From Eremomyces bilateralis CBS 781.70 (lineage: Eukaryota), in the NCBI GenBank assembly GCA_010015585.1, contig ML975150.1: 64,000 nt of DNA; one strand, given 5' to 3'. Below, piece by piece: positions 10,852 to 22,800 of the stretch (its first letter is position 1; every line of letters begins with the position of its first letter). The translations under genes were made by a program, and so were the position numbers. The notes under the pieces were generated by a model, which saw nothing but the letters and a program-made list of their open reading frames with translations, was not told the DNA's origin and did not search any database.

Positions 10852-13222
10852 TCAATCATCCCCCTCCTCCTCCGTTGCAGGCGGCCGACAGCTCTTCGCC
10901 AGCCCGAAATCCAGCACATCGCTCCTCGGCTCGATGTAGTTGCGCAGGCACCAACCGACCTGGGTCGCAACTATGGACTGGTGGCCGAGCGGGTCCGTAT
11001 GCTGCGACCGGAGGAAGATGACCTGGTTCGTCGAGTCCTCGCGGTCGTACACCCGGTCCGACGTGCCGAATGCGACCAGGACGAGATGGTTTTTGCGGAT
11101 GCGGTAGGGGTAGTCGTTGGCGACGGTGCTTGGTGGAGGGTCGGATGGGGCGGAAGGTGGCGGGGGTGGCGGAGGGAGGTTGGATGTAGTTGGTGTGGTG
11201 CTGGCGCCGTTGATGAATGGAGGGAGGGAGGGAACCGAAGTAGTCGAGCTCGAGTGCGAGGGAGTACATCGAGCGTAGATGTTTTGAGCGAGAAGCTGGA
11301 GAAGGTGTTCGTAGATCTTCCGGGGCATCCGCGCCGCAGAAGGGTTGTTCGTTGGCCAGGTGGTAATATGGAGCGTGACGAGCTCGTGCAACTGCGACAC
11401 GGAATTCTGGGGGCGATTAGTTCTGTCACCCGTCGCGAATGGGAACGATCAAGGTACCATGAAGGATGTAAACTCTATGCTCTCGATCTTCGTGATGCTC
11501 GTCGCTGGCGCGGCTACGCTAAGCTGCTGCAACCCCGTTGCCTTTCGGCAGATGTTGTCGAATTCGTTCACCGCATACACCAGTTCCTCTTCGTCCCCAT
11601 CGCCCTTCGACGCATGGACATTCAAGTCCTTCAGCGTTTTCCCATGCCTCGCAATCCCGGCGGCGGCCGGCAGCTGCTTCGCATAGCAAATATCCAACGT
11701 GAGCTGTTTCAGTCCGCTGACCAAGCACAGGAACCCGTCCACAGCGTTCAGCGCATCGTTCTCGGCATTATCCTCGTGCTTGAATTCCAGGCACTCGAGG
11801 TGCTCCGGGAGTCGCGAACTCTGGCTCATTTCCGCGAACAGCGTGTCGGCGCCCGAACACGTGTACACGCGCAAGGCTCGCAGGTTTTTGAAGTCGATGG
11901 CTTTGCAATACGTCAACGCCGCATACCGGAGGCCGATTTTCTGAAGGGTCAGGTCGCGGAGGGGGAGTGGAGTACAGGATTCGAACGGCATCATATGGCG
12001 GAACAAAGTCGACGTGATCAAGCCCGGCGCCGTGGCGCTGTCGTTCAGCTCTCGTAGAGGAATCGGGTTGTCTTGATTATCCTCGAAGGTGGTGTGCAGG
12101 GTGATCTTCTCGACCTTCTTCGAGCGGCGCAGGATCGTATGGGACATATTCAGCACATCGCGAGAGTCAGGGTAGAGGCCGAGTTTCTTGACGTTGTCGA
12201 AGAGCTCATCAAACTTGAGCGAGGGATCGGACTCGAGCTGCGGGAGGACATCCCGATCGAGAGCGATCGCCTCCATCCATTTCATCCGGCGTTGCTTCCG
12301 ATAGAGCAAGAGGAGATTGTCGGCGTTGAGGGGACTCCATGGGTGCCAGCTGAACTTCTCGAGGATATTCTCGGGCAGGAACTCGAGGATCATGCGAATG
12401 ACCACGTTTGCTTGCTGCAGCTGATTGCACTTGCAGGTGTCTGGTACATCAGCCAGGTAGAGGTCGAGCTTACGGATATATGGGAGACCGATGTTCTTGA
12501 CGTTGAGCAATGAGGTGAGCTGGCCATCATTTGGCCCACCAACATCAAGCGTAACCGAGTGATATAGTTGTCGGACGGTGATCGCGTGTAGTTGCTTGGA
12601 GGTGAGGCAGAGTGACTTGAGATCGGTGGGACGGATAATCTTGTATAGCAGATTGCATTAGCCAACGACCTCTTGTGTGACGAATGTTAAATGTTTGATA
12701 TTGCGGAAAACTGTGAATCTCTTAGGAAGAAACATCTAATGGGCCACTTCACTCTTCCTCTGACCCGCGGGTTCTGATATACAATTCTTGGGACGGGCTC
12801 GGAAGCCACGCTATGCCGCACGCTACGCCGCCAGCATGCTGTGGATGTAATAGAGTCTATGGAGTCAGGGAATGATGTTTGCTTACATGCGAGACAATGA
12901 GGGTCTTGACATCGACAGGCAGATCTATGAATATCATTCTCCTAGATTCTTCCTTTGTTTCTTCCTTTGCCAAAGCTGTACTGCTTGGGGATTCGGTTGC
13001 AGGCAGCAGGGCTAGGGGGTTGTCGGTCGTCCTCGGAGATCCTGAAGAGTTATCTGTCACCTGGGTGCATTGAAGAGGAGGTTGTGGATTTTTCGTAGCG
13101 TTCGATGATTGCTCTAAGACAGCAGGCAGAGGATGACTGAGCTGCTCATGAGCGACGTCTGTGTTGAGCTTCGCCTGAGCATTGTCATCAATCTGCCCGG
13201 ACTGCTGCTCCACATCGACCAT
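10852..13222 (-). CDS. F-box domain protein with LRR-like C-terminal region (3 exons; long first intron ~12640-12886)
   Basis: F-box split by an intron: FIDLPVDVKTLIVSH|IIRPTDLKSLCLTSKQLHAITVRQLY. Followed by a 353-aa leucine-rich ORF and a last exon ending at 10852. Start codon uncertain. Confidence 0.8.
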
Positions 13223-13880
13223 GGTTGCCTCTTGGCCCAAAGATTAATGGCAAATGATAAGGGATGAAGACTCTAAGATATGAGTGCCTGGTAACTATTC
13301 AGGAAACTATTGTTGAGGAGAAGGCTAGGGGACAACTATGGGATAAATAAGTTAGGTATAATGTAGGTTGGTTCTGTAGCCAAATGCACATTAGCACTGT
13401 ATGTCCTGATGAGGAAAGGCTGAAGTGTGGACCGCAGCTCGTAATTAGATCAGGAATTCAGGATAACGTCCCGCTGCATCCTGTACATTCTGTACATTCT
13501 GATCTATGTCGATTAGTTATCCTGTTATCCAGTCTGACTCACTTCTGAGTCTAGCCATGTATCTTTCTGTTGCATTGGTAGCAGAACCGACCGAAACGCC
13601 ATATGAGGTTGATGGTGGCAGTCATGAATAATATTCATCATGTTAGGTCCTGTAAAGTCGGGTACCTGAGGTATTTTATATTCAGCCGGCGCCCCCTCGA
13701 ACAACCTTCCCTCAGACAACCTTGAACAAGAGATGGGAATGCGCAACCTGCGCGGGGGACTTCAAGCCACCAATTCCTCTTTCGCATATGACACCTGACG
13801 CCGGCACTCGCGCTCGACATACGGGGAATTAGCAATCGACCGGAAGGGAAGGGCCGGTTTCCTACGATCAAGCATCCACC

Positions 13881-15371
13881 ATGCCGGATTCATCCATCCC
13901 CCAGCCGGCCTGCATCCATTGGAACCGCTCACGAGACGCTGAAGTTGAAGCCGTCGGGATAGAACACGCCCGCCCTTCTACTCCCCGCCGTCCGGAGTCC
14001 TTCGAGGAGAGGTCTCAGGAAGATCCTGAAGCTGAAGCTGATCCCGACGACCTAGACGGCGTGCACCTCCCAGAACACATTCAAGGACCGCTTCCGCTCT
14101 CCGAGGAGGACTTACACGACCTTTAAGAGGAAGTGATGGAGTCCGTACATCGGGGGAAACGAACTGCGTCCCCGAATCCCGCCGTCCTTTTGGAAACAGG
14201 ATCGGTCCGAACCGAACGATCTTCTAGCAATGCTAATGAAGTCTACCGCCAAATAGACCTTTCGGCCGTCAAGATCCGCTTTCATGCTGAGCCGCCGGAC
14301 TTCATCGACACCGCTATCAAGGGCATCCTCAACGTCGACGTCTCGAAGCCACGGCTCGACTAGCTCCGCATAATAGCCCGAGGATTTCGCGACAGCTGCC
14401 TTATAAACGTCCGGAATCTGCCTGTCAAGGGTGTCTTCATTAATACACTCCATACTGCCATCAATGCCCTTGGTCTCATGAACCTCCGTATCGGGGGAAA
14501 CTTGGCCTGGCGATGGGGGCTCAAGCCCACCGTACCGCCGCGCGTGTATTATTTCAATCCAAACGTTATGGCCAGTGCCCAACATCAGGTTGATGACATG
14601 TCGGCTCCTCCCCGGAAGTGACAGAAACCCCCTCCCAAGGTGGATTATATGTCTCCTGGGCCGTCCGCGACCGGCGCACCCGTTCCACCAGTCAGCAACT
14701 CACCGAGGTCGGACGAGATGCACCCCCCCGCCCCTATCCTTAAGAAAGAAGGAGACCATTCACATATCAAAACACCCTATCCTGACCTCGCAATGGGTGT
14801 AGACGTCAATGCGCGGATCTTCGCCCTTTCATCGCGAAGTCTTGACGAGACGAAATACTCAGAGTTCATCGACTGGCTCCAGAAGGAGCTGGTGCAGTAC
14901 GAGGCAGAGCGACAATTCGAACAATACTACCTCTAATACCCGCCCTATACGCCCCTGATCTCGCCTTCCCATTTGCTATTGTGGAGGGCAAAGCATACTC
15001 GACTGGAAAACAAATCTTCGAGGCCGAGAACCAAGCCGCGGTGTCGATGGCCTGCGCGCATAAGATCCAAATTCTACTCGATCGTCTCACCGATCCCGAA
15101 ACAATGACGGACCCTCAACTGCATGTGCTCTTCTCCATTGCTACTCAGGGTCCTATCCACGAGCTTTCAGCCCACTGGACCGTCGTGGAAGGGGGGCGTG
15201 CGCTGGTTCGAGTCGAAGATCTGTGGTAGCTGGAATGTGCTGCTACCGGAGCGCGCGGAGGACTTCATTATGACGCTGAATAATGTATGCGTTTGGGGTG
15301 TAGGAGGGTTTCTGAACTCCGTGGTGGAACATTTATGGGTGGGGCTTACCCAGGCAGAAATGCCCAAGTGA
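13881..15371 (+). pseudogene. Disrupted DUF7924-like (PD-(D/E)XK-like) gene
   Basis: One frame from 13881 is interrupted by TAA 14124-14126, TAG 14361-14363 and TGA 14619-14621, with frameshifts near 14930 and 15191. Retained motifs: KTPYPDLAMG, DLAFPFAIVEGKAYSTGKQIFEAENQAAVS, LFSIATQGPIHELSAHW. Confidence 0.7.
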
Positions 15372-15873
15372 GTGAGCGCAATAGGAAGAAACAGAGGATA
15401 AATGACTTGAAGGAAGAGAAGTGCTGCAAGAATTGTAGAGAGTTCCACTCCCAACTTTCACGAAGACGGCACTGGAAGGACTTCGCACTGCTTAATGCTT
15501 ATACGCGCGATAATATGTTTTCTAGTCATAGAGGCCGGATCTGTTTGGAGAGAACGGCTCCAAGCGAGGTTTCTAGTCGAGTGTCGTCCAGAACATGCAA
15601 AACTTCTGAGTGAGAGATGTGACTTCCACTGACTGACCATGCTGAGCATTCCCCGTCTCCCTAACAAGTTTATCCCGGGCCCGTAGTCGACGACCTTTCC
15701 GATTCCCGGATCCATGAATCCGTTCCATGCCCAGAGACGCCCGTCCAAAGGAAACCAAGCCCAACCTATATAGCCCCGACACCGCGCTATGCCAATCAAT
15801 CAGCAGGGAGCCAGAGGTCATGATAGTGTACAAGACAGAAGCACGCGATCCCACCCGACGCCAAATCCCAACC

Positions 15874-18472
15874 TCAATCCTCCCGCTGCAGCTCCGCCAA
15901 CAACTCCGCCTCCAACCCATCATCATCGTCGTCGTCGTCTTCCACCACCCCCCCGCGCTCCTCCCCCCTCCCATCCTTCTCGTTCCCGCTCGCCACCGTT
16001 GCCTCGGGGCTTAGCAACCCCGACGCCTCGCGCACGTCTGCGTTGGTCACGTTAGACAGGCTCGACACGCGCTCCAATGCCCTACGTTTGCGCCGCTGCA
16101 GCTGGCTCATCCCATTGACCGTCGCGAACGGCTGCGATTTACGGACGTCGGCTTCGCTGTCGTCGCTTTCTGTGTCCGCATCGCCTGTCGATGTCGCGCG
16201 CTTGCGCTTTCGGGCGCTCGCCATCAGGTCGCCGTTCTCGTTGCGGCCTTCGATATCTGTCATGTCGTCGTCGTCATCGTCGTCGTCGTCGTCCTGATCC
16301 GTAGTGTCACCTTCTGAGCCGAGGAACTCCTCCAGCTCCCCATTCATCTCCTCCCAGTTCGCCGCGTCGATTTCGACTGGGCTCTTCAACTCAAAGTCGT
16401 CGTCATCACCCTCAGGATCCTCATTCTCGTCTCCCGCGGTCCCCTCGCTCTCGCTCAACAACATGCCGTCATCAACAGTGGTGTCGAACGAGACGTTGGC
16501 GGTGCGCGACCGGACGGGACTGGAGTGGTCGTCCGGCTCGACCTCGATGAGGTACGGCTCCTCCGAGACTTTCTGCCAGGCGGAGAAGCATTCGAGAAGC
16601 CAGCCGGTGGTGACGATGCGGACGCGCCGCATGCGAGCGGCTTGCTTCACTTTGGCAGTACGGCGGAGCTTGGAGGCGACGACATGGGTGACCGACGAGG
16701 TCAGTTGGGTCGAGATCGTGGCACCAAAGCTACGAGCCCATAGGCCGAGATCAGAGCTGCGGACTGTTAGCGTGGCGACTCGAACGTGGAGATTCGAGGG
16801 GTTCAACTTACTTCATGGGGTCAGTCCCGAGAGGAATCACGCCGGTGAAAACTATCACCGCATCGCCTAGAACCTGTTCCTTCATCAACGGCAATATGTA
16901 CTTCAAATCCGGTGTCCAGTCGTTTTGATCCACGGCTTGGCCGCCTGTCCGCTGATCATACTCCGCGTAGAAGACGTCGTGGATACCCGTCAGGACGCTC
17001 TCAAGATTCAGCAGCTCGGTGTCGTCGTCATGAAGGAGGTGATGTCGTTCCCGATGTTGCGAATCGCCATTCTCACTCTCCGATTCCGAGTCTTTGGTAG
17101 CGGCCTCATCGGCCTTGTCAAGTAGTTCCTGCTTCCGTTGCAGTGGCCGGTCCTCCACTTGCGCTGTGATTGTCTCGGTCTGTTCCTCTGTTTGCTCCTG
17201 GAGCAGTTTCGGGTTATCGCCACCAGCCATTGCGACCAGCTGCCGCTCGATATCGGTGATCCCCTCTCCATCTTCGCCCTCCGGAGCGGCTTCGTCGGCA
17301 GCGATTTCGCTGTCCGCGCCCTTGACCACGCCACCTTTCGGGTCGATAGAAGAGTCGCCCTGTTCGTCCTTTGGAGGTGGTGGTTCCAACTTCTCCACCT
17401 TTTTTGCATCTTTCTCGAGCTCTTGACGTTTGGGCAAGAAACTTGAATTGATATCACCGATGCCGACGAAGAAGTCATACGGGCTGACTTTGACCAGATG
17501 ATGTGACCAACCCCACACATCTCCACGGTCGTCTATGATCACCACCATGTTCGTATCGCAGGGGAACAGTCTGTGTAGTGTTTTGACGGTCAAGCTCCCG
17601 CTCTCGTCCCGGCTGAGGATCCGGTCGCCAAAGATCTTGCGATCTGGATCCACGATCTTGGCGATGTGTTCTGCATATGCCCTGGTTCCCATGGTATAGA
17701 TGTGCAGCTCGTATACCGACGAGATCTTCTCCAGGAACTCGAGGAGGCCGGGCCGTAGTTTGATATAGTACCAGCAGCTTCGACCTCCAGGGACCTCGTC
17801 GATGAGCTGGAATGCCCGGACATCTTTGACGGCATCGTGATTTGGGTTCTCTGGATCTCGTTGCCACTCGCCAACGGTGGGATCGACGGTCGCATGGATG
17901 ATGGTTTGGTCGAGGTCGACAACAAGGGTTAGGCGGCGTGTCGAAAGCAGGCGACGTTTCGCTTCTTCGTTAGCGCGGGTGGCTTCGTTTCGGCTGACTT
18001 TGAGCTGTGTGTCGCCATGGACCATGTTAATGGTGGCGCGCTCCGCATCGAGAGACGATGTGTTGTAGTTGACCCTATATCTTGTCAGCACGACACGCGG
18101 ACCGCATCGTTCCATCCGCGAAACTCACTGGGTCATGTCCTTCCCGCAATTGACGCACAGCCCGCCATATTGGATCTCATGCTTGCACGGCTCCGCGATC
18201 TCCACGAGCGGAATCCCCGGCCACTTCACCAGCTCGCCTTGCCGGACCTTCCATGCGACCACCTTGCCATCGCTCTCGCTGTCGAACTGTGCGAAGGCCG
18301 TCTGATCCACCCACTCGGTCTCGTCGCCCAACCGGTCCTTCGCGACCTCGACCCGCGTCTTGTAGCTGTAGCGGAACAGCGTGTCCAGCTTCTCTACATC
18401 GTCGCCCGCCCGCTTCAGCAGCTCCGTCACCGTGATCGGGTAGTGCAGCGACGGTGGCGACGTGATCAGCAT
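15874..18472 (-). CDS. FCP1: RNA polymerase II CTD phosphatase Fcp1 (introns 18075-18128, 16757-16811)
   Basis: CKHEIQYGGLCVNCG, catalytic LVVDLDQTIIHA, YIKLRPGL, YTMGTRAYA, IIDDRGDVW and a BRCT domain (VTHVVAS...WLLECFSAWQKVSEEPY). Confidence 0.96.
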
Positions 18473-20544
18473 CGGGAGAGAGGGGGCGCAGATGTTGATG
18501 GGGGCGTCGTAGTATATGTCAGGAACTTGGATTGCGATGCGCCTTCACATGCCCATTGCGTGCGGCGGTGCGCACGGGCAAGTCGCGACGAAGGTATAGG
18601 TATTCTGTTTATGTCCAGTTGCAACTGGAATGATCGGTGTCGTGAATGTCTCTGCGCGTCGTGATCGTCGTCCAGGATGGCAGAATATAAGGTATCTTCT
18701 GTTGGTCGTACAAAGGAAGTGGGGATACTGCAATTGCGCGCTTTGACAGGAGTAGTCGCAATTGGGGGATGGATGCACCACCGCGCGGCTTGATGGTTGT
18801 AGAGTGGCGTTTTGGACTTTTGGTTTGTCACCGCGTCCTGGTATGTAGAAAGGCTATTCGGGAGAATTGGCGTCGCGGACCAGGTCGGAATCGTCGGTGT
18901 TGATAGAGCTGGGTACTGGGAGGAAGGATCAAGTCCAGACCGATGGATTGGGTCAGGAAGGAATTGGGGGAAATGCACGTTTTGCTGGCACGAGGTATAA
19001 AGTAGGGGTACGTATCGTGAAGCATTAAGGATGTACGGAAGATATGGTGGAGGATCGTCTGCAGTGTAGCTTGAGATGCATGTGAGGTCGTAAACAGTGA
19101 CGCCTCAGGCCAACATAAACTTTTCCTTCAAATCCGATCTTATCTGAAGCTTCCCAAGTTCACCGTGCTCCGTAGTGACGCCAAAGAGCGGGGGATCCGC
19201 GAGCTTTTATCTCATTCGTCTCTTTGCTGAGTTCCTTGCCGTTTTCGGTTCTGCCAGTGAATATTAGGCATTAAGGCATAAACTTCAGGCATCCATATTC
19301 CCTGGAGTATTGTCGGTCATATGATGTTCCGGCACTGTCACGTGCTACTATCTCCAGCGATTACCGCTTGCAGTGGAAACAGATGACGATAACGATTATG
19401 GTGGTCATCAACACAGGCATGCTGTAATTACGAGGATTATCTCATCGGAGGCGTTGAAGGGTTACCATTATCTTGCAAACCACGAGATCATAACATCTTC
19501 GAAATGGATTGGTGTGGTATGCATGGGCACTGTAGCTGATGGGTAGAGGGAATATATCAAGCACGAACCCTGCAGCGTTAGAGAGTTGGTCGCATGAAAT
19601 GGAATGCCCCTAGATCTCGTCTAAACTTGTGACCTGTACGGTAGGTATCATATGTGTCTGGGTTCTGGAGCAGTAGTGTATCCAGCTCTGTTCAGGATTG
19701 GATAGATAGCTAACGCATGAAGCTCGAGGACACCGCAATAAGGGCAGATGCACGCATCATCAACAAGACCGGTCAGTGATGAAAAACACATTTCTCCATT
19801 GCGATATCTACCTATACGCGTAACGGACCCCATTCAACTTTTGTCCTCTACCATCCGCACCCGGGGGGCCGATCCCCCACACAGATCACGTAATCCCTCC
19901 CACAGCGCAACCGAATGTACATTGGAAAATCTGACACTGATGTGATGAGAGCGCGCCGTGAACCACACTCGAACAAATCCCGGGGAAAGAAAAATCAACG
20001 GATGAGAAAGGGGAAACAGACGCGTTCCCCACGAAACAGGGCGCGGTCGAATTAGATCGGCCGCAAAAGACCATGGATGAAAGACACTCCTTCTTGATGC
20101 GTGGTGTTATGAGATGCCTGGTGCGATTGGAAAAACCATGCCCTCTCGCAACGTAAAAAAAACACGGAACACGAATGCGAAAAACCACCCGAAGAACACG
20201 AAACAGTGATTTGAAGTCTATTACCCCGCCCGCGTTTCCGAATGTCATCATCCACCCCATCAAGCGCCACCGATATTAGTAAGAATATAATGCGTTGCCA
20301 AGTCGAGGCGTTCTTCCACGTGGTTGTTGTGGTTACAACCCGCTTTCTAACTCCTTCCAAGAATTGGGGGTGTTGGACAAGAAGAAAATATGTGGTCGGT
20401 GGACACACGCTCCCCGCTCCCCCCTGCTCCGTTTTTGCGTTCTCCTCGATTACGCCTCGATATACAAGGTCATGTTAGACGCGTTTCTTCATCCGAATAG
20501 GTAGGGCCGATGCGTAAACCGGCCCGTGGCGTGTCGCGAGGAAT

Positions 20545-22061
20545 CTAGGCCTTCATACCCTTCTCGCCAAGCAGCTCGCCGATCTTCGTCTTCGCGTACG
20601 CGCTGGCGTCGTAGTCGGAGGTGATCTGCGGGGTGAGTCCGGCGACGACGATGAAGATGCCCATGGCCACGAGACCGAAGACGATGATCTTGCGCATGAC
20701 GGGCTGGCGCTGGCCATAGTCGTCCCAGGAGCGCTTGCCGTCGGCGATGTATTCCTTGAGGCGCTGCGCACCGAGCTTGTAGTAGACGAGGCCCGTGAGG
20801 GCGATGCCGTAGCCGAAGGCTTGCAGGATGGTGACGGGGTCGCCGAAGAGGAACATAGACGCAACGACCAGGATGATGTCTTTGAGGACGCCGGACAGGG
20901 TGTAGACGAGGGATGAGGTTTTGCCGATCTGAAGGTCGGAGTTAGATATTGGGCAATCGGAAATATAACCGGATGAAGGTGAAGGGGGCTTACCAGAAGC
21001 ACAACGGCCACATTGAGCCCGAAGGCGACCATTCCGTTGAGGAACAGCGTGGACAAGCCGACGTCCAGGATATCCTGCATCTGCATGTTCGGGATTTCCA
21101 AGAACAGGCAGACAATGCCGTTCATGACGGTGCACGCCGGGGCGAAGTAGTAGAGCGACACAATCGGGTCCATCTTGAACTCAGCCGAGGAGAGCAGGCG
21201 CTCGACCATGACGATACGGATGGCCTCGAAGGTAAGACCGCAGATCTGGAACAGAACACCTCTGATGACGAACTGGATCTCTCCTGCAGAGGCGATCATC
21301 ACACCGACCACGATGAGCATGACATTCGCAAGGGTCCGGAAATTGGGAGTTTGGGTGCCGAGTGCCCAGCCGGTGAGAAGCACTGCAACGGGCGTGGTGG
21401 CCTAACGATTGTTAATCCTCCACACGATATTGACGCCAGGATAGGGGGATCCGGGCTCACCTTGAGCATCTGAATGAATGACACACTCAGGTAGAGGTAG
21501 GCTACGTTGCCGCATATCAAGCTAAGGGAGAAGAACACGCCAATGGGGACGATGGCACGGAGATAAACGCGGCCGGTCATGGGGACCTTCTTGCGGGAGT
21601 CGAGGAGGTTGGTGGTGCGGGCGAGGACCTGGGTCATCAAGGTTGCGAAACCCAGATGCCATGTTGTGAGGAAGATGGCTAGAGGTGGTGTTAAATCAGA
21701 GGAATTCGACAGCAGACGTGATGAGGAACCTACGATAATCTACACAATGTTAGTTGGAGTCGATCAAGGCTGCGTCGAAGGAAACTTACGGAATTTTAAC
21801 CGGTCCAAAATCTGCTTGTTGAAAAGAATGACAGTTGAGCTCAGGGCTATCCATGCTCTAGATCGGGACGGTTAGACTCCTTTCCCACGGATCGAGAACG
21901 CAAGTAACGTACGCGATGTAGACGGCAGCGTGCACCGCTCCTTTCTGTGGCTCTGCCATCTTTTCAATGGCCGGGTTGACGGTCGGGAGAATGGGAGCAT
22001 TGGAGGCATTGCTGCCCTCGCCGCTATCTCCTGAGAGTCTTGTCTTCTCTTCTTGCGACAT
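20545..22061 (-). CDS. glfB: UDP-galactofuranose transporter (TPT/nucleotide-sugar transporter family), multi-exon with a 6-nt microexon
   Basis: Spliced product LPTVNPA...WIALSSTVILFNK...LTTWHLGFATLMTQVLARTT...RVYLRAIVPIG...SSAEFKMDPIVSLYYFAP...IGKTSSLV closely follows recalled Aspergillus GlfB/UgtA. Lies next to the UGM gene. Confidence 0.88.
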
Positions 22062-22760
22062 TGTGATGGGAGAGGTATGACGTTGAACGGGCGACGATGG
22101 GATGGATCAAATCGGATGGGGAGGAGGAAAGGAGGAGGAGGGTAGGCGTCACAAAGACTAGAAGTCCGCGATACGTGGCACCGGGAGTTCGCGATGTAGT
22201 GTTGGGAAAGGTTGGATTTAATGGAGGATGGAAGATGTAGGTTGAAGGTTGCAGGTGATAACGAAGCCAGGAACGTAAAATTGCAGAGCGTTCGATGAGA
22301 GGCGGGCTGGCTAGTAGCGTATCCACTCAAAGCGAAGCGTGCAAGTGTGGACTGGCTGTGGAAACGTGCAACCGATGAGATTGGAGAATATGGGATGGTG
22401 CAACAAATGTCTAGGTGCAACAGAGCAATGTGCCACTCCCAAGACCAATTCACAGAAATTCTTCTAGGCTTTTGGGGAAAGTCCAGTAAACTCCAGTTGT
22501 TTCAATGGCGTTGAAATCGCCGGCTCTAGAGGCCTTTTTGGCTGCCGGTTTGCACGAGTTGCAGCCGGGGGGGGTATTAGGCTGCTGGGGACTTGGGCCT
22601 TGCTTGGGATAGACAGGTACGCTAGGGAAGGAGTTTGGTGGTGGAGTGGCCAACGAATCTTAGAATTGGGTTACACACTGAGAGCCTGAGATTTGGAGGG
22701 TGGACTGCTAAGATTTGTTAGGCTAGTTAGCGCCTTAGCCGGAGTGAAATCTGATGGATG

Positions 22761-22800
22761 TGCTGCGAAATGCGGCGAAGTGCTGCGAAGTGCTGCGAAG
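22761..22800. repeat. 10-nt tandem repeat (TGCTGCGAAG-like) x4, upstream of glfB
   Basis: tgctgcgaaa tgcggcgaag tgctgcgaag tgctgcgaag. Confidence 0.85.

Noticed and set aside
10981..12057. 358-aa ORF antisense to the F-box gene, and similar shadow ORFs (4440-5186, 27798-28481, 29211-30020, 35457-36329, 39043-39795)
   Set aside because: They overlap well-supported genes and are explained by GC-rich codon bias; no motifs of their own.
13406..13425. CTGATGAG-GAAA, resembling a hammerhead ribozyme core
   Set aside because: No stem II between CTGATGA and GAAA, and no flanking stems I/III visible.
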